This document shows positions 56,341 to 64,000 of a DNA stretch of 64,000 nucleotides, piece by piece. The translations under genes and the position numbers were made by a program. The stretch's first letter is position 1; every line of letters begins with the position of its first letter. This stretch comes from Candidatus Heimdallarchaeum aukensis. Lineage in GTDB: Archaea; Asgardarchaeota; Heimdallarchaeia; Heimdallarchaeales; Heimdallarchaeaceae. The notes beneath the pieces are model-generated. The model did not search any database. It was given only the letters and a program-made list of their open reading frames with translations, and was not told the origin of the DNA. The stretch is from positions 768,001 to 832,000 of the forward strand of contig CP084166.1 in NCBI GenBank assembly GCA_021513695.1. Direction: 5' to 3'.

Positions 56341-56703
56341 CTATTTTGGATATTTTTTCTTGTTTTTTTGTAATTTATTTATTATAGCTTCTTCTAAATT
56401 TATTCCTAGGATTTCAGAAAGAGCTAATAAATATATTGCCACATCTGCAAGCTCGTCAGATAAATTATTCTTATATTGTTCACTAGCTAATTCGTTAAAT
56501 ATTTCTTCATCTGTTTTCCATTGAAAAAGCTCAAAAAGTTCTGCTAACTCTATTGCAATAGATAAAGACAGATTCTTTGGGGTATGATATTTTTTCCAAT
56601 CTCTCTCGTCTCTAAATTCTACTATTTTTTTAGTCAATTCTTCAATAGTTGTCAATTTAATCAAAATAAAAAAGAGAAGGGTTAGATAATTTTTTCTATC
56701 CAA
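56341..56703 (-). CDS. MazG-like nucleotide pyrophosphohydrolase (dCTP-pyrophosphatase-like)
   Basis: LTTIEELTKKIVEFRDERDWKKYHTPKNLSLSIAIELAELFELFQW...DELADVAIYLLALSE fits the all-alpha NTP-PPase fold. Its end overlaps the start of ilvE. Confidence 0.65.
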   Translation of the reverse strand: MDRKNYLTLLFFILIKLTTIEELTKKIVEFRDERDWKKYHTPKNLSLSIAIELAELFELFQWKTDEEIFNELASEQYKNNLSDELADVAIYLLALSEILGINLEEAIINKLQKNKKKYPK

Positions 56704-57752
56704 CCATATTTGTCTGGTTTTTCTCCAGTTTGTATTCCTATTAACTCTTCATAAAGGTGTTGAGTTATTTTACCTATCTCAAAGTTGTTTATTTGGTAAG
56801 TTTTACTCTTATAGAATAATTCACCTACAGGAGAGATCGAAGCTGCTGTTCCCATTCCAAATGCTTCAGTACATTCTCCAGTTTCTATTTGTTCTAAAAG
56901 TTTTTCTAGTTCTATCCTCGTTTCCTTGATTTTGTAACCAAGATCTTTGGCTAGTTGTATTACTGATTTTCTTGTTATTCCATGCAAAATTGTTCCATCA
57001 AGTTCAGGAGTAAGAATTTCTTCATTTACAACAAAGGCAATATTATTTGTCCCTACTTCTTCTACATACTTTCTTTCAATAGAGTCGAGCCATAATACTT
57101 GACTATATCCTTGTTTCTTAGCTATTTCTGTTTCGAATAGTGTTCCAGCATAGTTTCCTCCTGTTTTTGCTTCTCCTGTTCCACCTGGAGCTGCACGAAT
57201 GTGTTCGCTAGCAACATAAATTTTCGTTGGATTAAATCCTGCTTTAAAGTATGGACCAACGGGAGAAAGAATAATGTAGAAATAAAATTCTGCACTACTA
57301 TGCAAACCTATTGCTGGCTCTGTTGCGATCATAGTAGGACGGATGTAAAGCGAAGTTCCTTTTTCTTTTGGAACCCACTCTTTATCTAATATTATCAATT
57401 CCTTAATTGCTTTAACGAATAATTCTTCATCAACAGTGGGCATACACATTCTTTCAGCAGAACGATTGAACCTTTTAGCGTTCTCATATGGACGGAAAAG
57501 GTTGATACTTCCGTTCTGAGAATAAAACGCTTTCATTCCTTCAAAAATTTCCTGACCATAATGAAATACTGCACATGCAGGATCAAGAGTAAATGGTTGA
57601 TAAGGTACAATCTGAGGTTGACCCCATTCACCATCTTGATATTTCATTAAAAACATGTGGTCAGTGAAAAATCTACCAAAAGGTAAATGATGCATATCTT
57701 TTGGCTTTTCTTTTAATTGTTCTGGGGTGCATTTATTGATGATTATATCCAT
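56682..57752 (-). CDS. ilvE: Branched-chain-amino-acid aminotransferase
   Basis: Fold-type IV aminotransferase: EGMKAYYSQNGSINLFRPYENAKRFNRSA, and GTGEAKTGGNYA at the PLP-Lys region. The protein is 356 aa. Confidence 0.85.
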   Translation of the reverse strand: MDIIINKCTPEQLKEKPKDMHHLPFGRFFTDHMFLMKYQDGEWGQPQIVPYQPFTLDPACAVFHYGQEIFEGMKAFYSQNGSINLFRPYENAKRFNRSAERMCMPTVDEELFVKAIKELIILDKEWVPKEKGTSLYIRPTMIATEPAIGLHSSAEFYFYIILSPVGPYFKAGFNPTKIYVASEHIRAAPGGTGEAKTGGNYAGTLFETEIAKKQGYSQVLWLDSIERKYVEEVGTNNIAFVVNEEILTPELDGTILHGITRKSVIQLAKDLGYKIKETRIELEKLLEQIETGECTEAFGMGTAASISPVGELFYKSKTYQINNFEIGKITQHLYEELIGIQTGEKPDKYGWIEKII

Positions 57753-58260
57753 TGTAAAAAAGAGTTAAATTATTCGTTTAAAAGCTTTTATATCCGAAAT
57801 GGAGAAAATAATAACTATTTAGTTGTCAGACTGCAAGTAGAAGAAAAAATAAATGAAACAAATGTGAAGAGTAAATAGCTCAATGTAATTTTAGTAATTT
57901 TTTCTAGAAACAAATCTTGCTCTAGGAATAAATAAGAGATAAAGATATAGTCATTACAAAAAAGAGAACAGAGAACCTTTCAACCACAGAAACTAAAGAA
58001 ATAGTTTTTCAACCAAACAAAAAAGATAATTGGAGAATAAGAACAAAACGAGAAAAAGAAATCTTTCAACCTTAAAAATCTTTGAAATATCTTTGAATTA
58101 AGAGCAATTCTTCTAGTATTAGGATTATAAATTTGTTAACAGTTATAAAATATTTTTGAAATCGTCAGACATAATATTTAAGGATAAAAATTAGATACGT
58201 TTAAAAATATATTTAATAAATATATTATTCAGAAATAACAAAAGCAGATACATTAATCAT

Positions 58261-59427
58261 ATGCTGCATAGTAGCTTTGTACTAAAAAATCAAAAAAGTG
58301 AAAATATGAAAGGCAAAAGAATAGTTAACTTTTCTAGTTGTTTTCTATTATGTTTAGTGATTTTCTCAATTTCAACAATTGGATCTTCTGACGAAATTGT
58401 GGAAAGAGAGGAAAGACTTTCAAGTTCAGATATTTATCTAGCAGAGGAAACAAATACATTGTACATTACATCATCAGATGAAAATATTTTATATGTTTTC
58501 AGTACTCAATCACTAGAGATACAACAAACTATTGAATATGATTCGCCAATAACACATCATATTTCAAGGATTTTTTCTTTTGGTGACGAGCTCTTTCTCT
58601 TTAATTACAACTCTAGCAATTTAGCTGTTTTAAAAATAGATCCTGATTATTCAGTAAATTTACTTTCATTCACTCAAGATTATATTCCTATTAACTATGA
58701 CTGCATTTTTAGTTATCTTGAATATATTGGTTTTATTTCTAATGAAAACAAATTAATTTTATTTTCACCTACAAATCAAAGTCTCATAGATACAGGAATT
58801 ATCATTCCTAACATAAATTTTGTTACTTCTTGTAATGAAACAATTATTGTATACAATACTTTTCAATCTTCTAGTTACAAACAATTCGTCTTTTATGATA
58901 TATTAAAGAAAAAAATCTTAGCTAATTACACTTACAATAACACAAATGTTAAACTTTCGTATCTTCCTGAAGAACATGCTTTTGCAGCGCTCTACACCTC
59001 AGCTAATAATGTCTCTATTTTCTCTACTAAAGGAGATTTCCAAAGAAATATTACAATAAATTTAGAAGAAGAAATACTTACACCAATATTTGAAAGTTCT
59101 GGAAATTGGTTCTTTGCCTCGTATGAACATTTCTATCATTATTCTAATAACAAATCAACAGAGTTACTGACTTATAATAGTAAATTATTGTCCTTTGTTA
59201 CTATAAAAAAAGTTCTAACACAAGATTCTGTTCATATTTTTATATCCACACCTTATTATACATATTTGTATGATATAAATGAAGATTCTTTTTATGCATT
59301 ATACAAAATAACAACTGAATTAATTATAAATAATAATAGTAAAAGAATCTACTTCATTGATTTTGGATTGATAGCAGCAACAATAATGTTTGGAGCAGGA
59401 GTCATTTATTACTTGGTGAAGAAATGA
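58261..59427 (+). CDS. Secreted hypothetical protein with a C-terminal TM anchor
   Basis: An N-terminal signal/anchor, FSSCFLLCLVIFSISTIG. The middle is N/S/T/Y-rich. A C-terminal TM helix, LIAATIMFGAGVIYYLV, is followed by KK. Confidence 0.4.
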   Translation: MLHSSFVLKNQKSENMKGKRIVNFSSCFLLCLVIFSISTIGSSDEIVEREERLSSSDIYLAEETNTLYITSSDENILYVFSTQSLEIQQTIEYDSPITHHISRIFSFGDELFLFNYNSSNLAVLKIDPDYSVNLLSFTQDYIPINYDCIFSYLEYIGFISNENKLILFSPTNQSLIDTGIIIPNINFVTSCNETIIVYNTFQSSSYKQFVFYDILKKKILANYTYNNTNVKLSYLPEEHAFAALYTSANNVSIFSTKGDFQRNITINLEEEILTPIFESSGNWFFASYEHFYHYSNNKSTELLTYNSKLLSFVTIKKVLTQDSVHIFISTPYYTYLYDINEDSFYALYKITTELIINNNSKRIYFIDFGLIAATIMFGAGVIYYLVKK

Positions 59428-59476
59428 GTAACTTAATTTACAGCTAGTGAAAAGAAAGTGTTAAAAAAAGTATAAA

Positions 59477-61156
59477 TTAGGAAATTGAAGATTCCTTAAC
59501 TATACATATAATGGGAGAATTGATTACATAATATTCTTCTAGTGAAGAATTTTGGACGTTTGCAAAAGCAAAAGTTAAACTTGTTCCAGCAGAGAACGAG
59601 GAATTAACTTTTCCAACTATTGAAAAGATACCTGTAGAATTTATTAGTACTTTTGAATAGTTTTCTTCTGTCTGGGTAATCGAAATCTGTGAATTTAGTT
59701 CAGTAGAATTTACAGAATAAATGTAACTGAATGAATCGAAATAGTCATTATTGTTTGAGTCATATATCAGACTATTAAAGATGATAATGTTAATATCGAA
59801 TCCTTTAGGAATATTTGAATAAAAGGAACTTATGTTCATTACACAAGAGAAAGTACCGTTAGTGAAAACATCCATTTGTTCAATAATAATGGTCGAATTA
59901 GCTTCCCAATGGGGATAGAATATTTTTCCCCCATCAAATAAATTGTTGTTACTGATTGATGAAAGAAAAGAAATAAGTGGAAAAGGAATACAAATTAGTA
60001 AAATAAGTAAAGATGTAAAAATAACTCTTTTGGCAGTTGAAGAGAGTTTAAAACTTTTTTTGGTTATTTGTTCAGTAATTTTTTTGATCAGTAGAAAGCT
60101 TTTTGCCTTTTTACTTTTCCAATATTTAAGTATTTCAAATAGAATAAGAGGAAGATAGAATAAAAGAAATACTACAAAAAGAGCTTTTTCAAGAGTGAAA
60201 GGAATATAATCGGTTGAAGGTATTGAAATACCAAAAAGGACGATTGTAGTTTTAACTGCTACCTGAGAAACGTGATGATTCCAAAAAGATACAGAATACA
60301 GGAATAAAACAATAAAAACAACTGATGAAAGAACTATTTTTACCAATGATAATTTAGTCGAAATAGTTTTTTCCAAATCGTTTTTTGTTTTATTCTCTAT
60401 CGCAGGTTTTTTTGAGATCTTTTCTAGAAGGAAGTTTAGAAAACTATAGATTACAATATTAACAAGAATAAAAAGAATATACCATAAGATAGCAAATCTG
60501 GAGAAAAATAGACTAAAGGTTCCACTTAAAGCTATAACAAACACACCTACAAAACTAATAGCAACAGAAGATAAAACTGGAAGATTTGATATTCTATCAA
60601 TTACATAATTGATGTTTTGATTTTCACTAGTTCTATTTGGTTTTTCTTCATGAGAAACTAGAAGAATTAACCCTTCTAAAAGTAGAACTAAAGGAAGCAA
60701 AAAAGAACTGAGAATAAATAAAGGATTAAAAGATAAACTCAAATAAAAGGAAGAGTTTTCGATCATCTTGACAACCCAAAAGGCAGTTATCGCTACTTTG
60801 TAGTTATATATTAGAAACAAATAATCAGTCAATTTAGAAAAAGCAAACATGATCAAGAAAATACCTGTTTTTCTATTATTTACAAAAACAAGATAATTTA
60901 TTGACAACACAACAAATATAGTAAACAAAGCTAAAAAGATGAAAGAAAGCATAGATTCATTTGTATTCTTAATAGTAGAGAGAGAATTTTGAATCGTAGC
61001 TGTATCCTCTTTTAATTGAGTTGAAGAAACATAAGCTCTACCAAAAACAAAGGAAGTTAGGTGTGCTGTTAAAAGGTTTAAGAAAGACAAAATTAAGGCT
61101 ATTGAATTTAGAATTAAAACTGTTATTAATACAATTTTTTTTCTCATTTTCTTCAC
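59477..61156 (-). CDS. Polytopic membrane protein with an extracellular C-terminal domain, hypothetical
   Basis: Eight or more hydrophobic helices in the first ~400 aa, followed by an N/S-rich soluble domain. Confidence 0.45.
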   Translation of the reverse strand: MKKMRKKIVLITVLILNSIALILSFLNLLTAHLTSFVFGRAYVSSTQLKEDTATIQNSLSTIKNTNESMLSFIFLALFTIFVVLSINYLVFVNNRKTGIFLIMFAFSKLTDYLFLIYNYKVAITAFWVVKMIENSSFYLSLSFNPLFILSSFLLPLVLLLEGLILLVSHEEKPNRTSENQNINYVIDRISNLPVLSSVAISFVGVFVIALSGTFSLFFSRFAILWYILFILVNIVIYSFLNFLLEKISKKPAIENKTKNDLEKTISTKLSLVKIVLSSVVFIVLFLYSVSFWNHHVSQVAVKTTIVLFGISIPSTDYIPFTLEKALFVVFLLFYLPLILFEILKYWKSKKAKSFLLIKKITEQITKKSFKLSSTAKRVIFTSLLILLICIPFPLISFLSSISNNNLFDGGKIFYPHWEANSTIIIEQMDVFTNGTFSCVMNISSFYSNIPKGFDINIIIFNSLIYDSNNNDYFDSFSYIYSVNSTELNSQISITQTEENYSKVLINSTGIFSIVGKVNSSFSAGTSLTFAFANVQNSSLEEYYVINSPIICIVKESSIS

Positions 61157-61499
61157 TTAGTCAACATCTATCCCTAAAATAGCAACCTTTATTAACATTT
61201 CCAATTATTTTTCCATACAATGTTTATTCATATCTATCTGCGAGAGCATACTCATTGACTATAGTATCCCTGGTCAAGAAAGAATATAGTATCTAAATTA
61301 TAGATTACTAGCTCTGGAAAGACTACATACAATACGCAGAAGATATGAAATCTGTTTTTATTAAGTTTGTTTATTATTAAACAAGAATATTAACACAACT
61401 GAACAGATCATTTATTTTCTGCGGAAGTTATGTTTGTCTTTTCTTTGAACAATTTCCCCACAATACCATCTTTGCTTTAGGGACTGATATTCACCCTCG

Positions 61500-62606
61500 G
61501 TGAAAAAAATGATAAAAATAGAAAATATAGAAAAAACCTACTTTAGTAAAAAAATAGAATTCACTCTATTCGTAAGAAATGTAAAGAAAAAAGGAAAAGA
61601 AATCAAAAAGTCTAAACCTACTGCTTCCAGTATTAGTGAAACAAAAGTCCACTACAACCCTCTATTTAAGACTGAAAAAAAGAAAACCTATGCTCTTCGA
61701 GGAATTAGTCTGAATATTAGAGAAGGAGAAATATTTGGTTTACTTGGTCCTAATGGCGCTGGAAAGACTACACTAACAAAAATAATATCTACACTTATTA
61801 TCCCCGATAAAGGTAATATCTTAGTCAATGGATATAATGTAGTTAGTAAAGTCAAACAAGCACGTGCTTCAATAGGTTTAGTAACAGGTGGAGAACGTTC
61901 ACTCTATTGGAAACTTACTCCTCTTGAAAATTTATCTTTCTTTGGTAGAATGTATTACCTATCAAAAAAAGAAAGTTTAGAAAGAGCTAAAGAATTGATT
62001 GAAATCTTTGGGTTAGAGGAAAAGAAAAATGATCTTGTTCAAAACTTAAGTACTGGACAGAAGATGAAAGTAGCTTTTGCCCGTGCTTTGATGCACGACC
62101 CCCCAGTTTTACTACTGGATGAATACAATAGAGGACTAGACCCCCAAGCTTCAAAAGACCTTAGAGATTTCATAAAAAAAGTTCTACAGAAAGAGCAAAA
62201 CAAGACAATATTACTTTGTACTCACGATATGGTAGTTGCAGATAATTTGTCTGATAGAGTTGGACTAATTTTTCAAGGAAAAATTGTAGCTTTGGATACT
62301 CCTGAAAAATTGAAAAGTTCTCTAAAATTCAGAACAAAATTAACCTTTGTTACAGATAAACCAATTGCCCCTCTAGTTGAAAAATATGAAGGAGTTAGTA
62401 TTCTTACAACAAAAAACGTTGAAGGAGAAAACACAACAATTCTCACTCTAAAAAACGGTTTATCTAGTATTGAAATAATGGACTATATAAGAGGAAAAGA
62501 CTGTTTCATTAAAAACTTTGAAGTAAACCATGCTAGTCTAGAAGATGTATTCCTTTCTTTTACAGGAAGGAAACTAGAAGAGATAGAAAACGGAGAGGAG
62601 GACTGA
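61500..62606 (+). CDS. ABC transporter ATP-binding protein
   Basis: Walker A is GPNGAGKTT. The signature is LSTGQKMKV. Walker B is VLLLDE. The H-loop is CTHD. It carries an N-terminal extension of about 60 aa and a C-terminal extra domain. Confidence 0.85.
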   Translation: MKKMIKIENIEKTYFSKKIEFTLFVRNVKKKGKEIKKSKPTASSISETKVHYNPLFKTEKKKTYALRGISLNIREGEIFGLLGPNGAGKTTLTKIISTLIIPDKGNILVNGYNVVSKVKQARASIGLVTGGERSLYWKLTPLENLSFFGRMYYLSKKESLERAKELIEIFGLEEKKNDLVQNLSTGQKMKVAFARALMHDPPVLLLDEYNRGLDPQASKDLRDFIKKVLQKEQNKTILLCTHDMVVADNLSDRVGLIFQGKIVALDTPEKLKSSLKFRTKLTFVTDKPIAPLVEKYEGVSILTTKNVEGENTTILTLKNGLSSIEIMDYIRGKDCFIKNFEVNHASLEDVFLSFTGRKLEEIENGEED

Positions 62607-62610
62607 TAAG

Positions 62611-63516
62611 TTGGTTAGCCAAACAATAGAACTGAGAAGAACAAAAGCTGCGATGTTAAACGAAAAATTACTGTATAGAGCTAATAAAAGATCCTTCAAA
62701 AACTCATTACGTGTAATTCTAGCTTATGCTTGGAAGAATCTACAAAATGATCTTCGCTATTTAGGAAGTTGGATTTACTGGATGGTTGTTCCATTATTAT
62801 GGCTTATTCCATACGCATTTCAAGGAAAAGCTCTTCTTGGAGATTCAGACTCAAGTTTCTTCCTTAAATATGGAGGAACTGGAGACTATTTCTCCTATGT
62901 AGCTTTAGGATTTATTCTCTTCAACATCGTCGACTCTGCTATTTGGGGCGCAGGAAATAGGTTGAGATGGGAACAAAAAAGTGGAACTTTCGAATATATA
63001 TGGATTACACCAATTTCAAGGGTAGAATTGCTTCTAGGTTCAAGTTTTTCAGAACTTGTTTGGATAGCATTTGTATGTACAACCCAGTTCCTTATTCTTA
63101 ACTTTGCTCTATCTTGGACATTCACAATAATACAAATATTACTAGCGCTAGTCGTAATAATAGTAACAATAGCTGGTTTATTCAGTTTTAGTTTCATATT
63201 TGCAAGCATAATATTAATTTTCAAAGAACCAGGAACTTTAAGTGAATTAACAGATATATCGCTGAATATATTTCTACCTGTGAGATACCCTTTACGTATT
63301 CTTCCACCTTTCTTACGATGGATAGGATATACAATACCTTTTGCTTACGGATTCTTCTCAATTAGAGCTTTCACTTTAGCACGAGAATATAATCTAGGTT
63401 TCGTATGGTTAGCTATACAGCTTGTTCTATCAACGATCATGTGGATAGTAGGTTTGAAAATATTCAAACGTATAGAACATCGAACTAGAAAAATAGGACA
63501 GATAGGAGCGTATTAA
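62611..63516 (+). CDS. ABC-2 type transporter permease
   Basis: Six hydrophobic helices. It starts 4 nt after the ATPase gene. Confidence 0.6.
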   Translation: MVSQTIELRRTKAAMLNEKLLYRANKRSFKNSLRVILAYAWKNLQNDLRYLGSWIYWMVVPLLWLIPYAFQGKALLGDSDSSFFLKYGGTGDYFSYVALGFILFNIVDSAIWGAGNRLRWEQKSGTFEYIWITPISRVELLLGSSFSELVWIAFVCTTQFLILNFALSWTFTIIQILLALVVIIVTIAGLFSFSFIFASIILIFKEPGTLSELTDISLNIFLPVRYPLRILPPFLRWIGYTIPFAYGFFSIRAFTLAREYNLGFVWLAIQLVLSTIMWIVGLKIFKRIEHRTRKIGQIGAY

Positions 63517-63517
63517 G

Positions 63518-64000
63518 ATGAATGAAGAAAAATATAAAACTAAAGTAAATCAATTAAAATGTGAGCTATTTGGCTCTTTAGCAGTCTATAAGAAATCTTG
63601 GCAGGTTCAAAAACGTTACCCTTTAGCTATGTTCTTCTATGCTCTTTCTCCACTCCTTTGGTTGTTACCTCATCTAATATTTAGTTCTGCACTAGTAGGA
63701 GGAAGATACTCTGAAAATCTTTATTCTTTAATTGGATACGGTGACGTGCTAATATATACTTCTCTTGGATTAGTCTTTATGGCCATATTCTCTTCATCAA
63801 TGTGGGGAACAGCTTACAGTTTTAGAGACGAAGAATTCGCAGGTACTCTTGAAAACCTATACATTACGCCCATTTCTAGATACAGCATTATTTTAGGAAA
63901 GACACTATTTTACTTATCACAGGCGCTGATAGGTTGTATAATACAACTTATAGTAATAGGAATATGGTATAGAGAGGATTTTTCTTGGACAAATTTCTTG
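63518..64000 (+). CDS. Second ABC-2 type permease, partial (runs beyond the window end)
   Basis: The ATG at 63518 lies 1 nt after the previous stop. The translation is MNEEKYKTKVNQLK...AMFFYALSPLLWLL...LIYTSLGLVFMAIFSS..., hydrophobic and permease-like. The frame is open to position 64000. Confidence 0.5.
   Translation, partial: MNEEKYKTKVNQLKCELFGSLAVYKKSWQVQKRYPLAMFFYALSPLLWLLPHLIFSSALVGGRYSENLYSLIGYGDVLIYTSLGLVFMAIFSSSMWGTAYSFRDEEFAGTLENLYITPISRYSIILGKTLFYLSQALIGCIIQLIVIGIWYREDFSWTNFL

Noticed and set aside
55769-56524. ORFs 55769..56023 (-) and 56243..56524 (+)
   Set aside because: They are antisense to, or overlap, the GTPase and MazG-like genes, which carry clear family motifs.
1-64000. 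A search for CRISPR arrays, rRNA and tRNA genes
   Set aside because: I found no regularly spaced direct repeats of 25-40 bp. I found no GC-rich structured-RNA islands or GGTTCGAATCC-type T-loop motifs in any intergenic region.

Overview
This is a 64-kb AT-rich contig (roughly 30% GC by eye) that is densely coding on both strands, with about 60 genes, no rRNA or tRNA genes and no CRISPR array. I read it as archaeal, most likely Asgard/Lokiarchaeia-like; that placement is an inference, not a database result. It rests on archaeal-type housekeeping and metabolic genes (ADP-forming acetyl-CoA synthetase alpha, DUF72, a split formiminotransferase/cyclodeaminase), a TATA-like element about 30 nt upstream of a start codon, a few GGAGG-type Shine-Dalgarno sequences, and a cluster of eukaryote-like proteins. 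Those proteins are three Ras-superfamily small GTPases (one fused to a C-terminal roadblock-like domain, one with a non-canonical switch II), a standalone roadblock-like protein and two steroid-5-alpha-reductase (SRD5A)-like membrane enzymes. Metabolic content is mostly amino-acid and nucleotide metabolism: IMPDH, L-lysine 6-aminotransferase, saccharopine dehydrogenase, split FtcD, PepD dipeptidase, PepF, IlvE, a threonine-dehydrogenase-like SDR and lipoate-protein ligase. Transporters include a CPA antiporter with a CBS partner, an MFS transporter, a DUF318 permease with a thioredoxin-like partner and an ABC-2 exporter. Three stretches look most worth follow-up. The first is a co-directional cluster of a tandem metallophosphoesterase, a divergent RtcB-superfamily protein and a GDPD phosphodiesterase (33.6-37.4 kb), possibly an RNA or phosphoester end-processing module. 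The second is a TGT-fold (DpdA-like?) enzyme with no PUA domain. The third is a rubredoxin missed by the ORF track, sitting beside an operon of a ribbon-helix-helix protein, a coiled-coil protein and a YaaA-like protein. Several small overlapping ORF sets may be frameshifted single genes. All family assignments come from motif recognition by eye and need HMM or BLAST confirmation.
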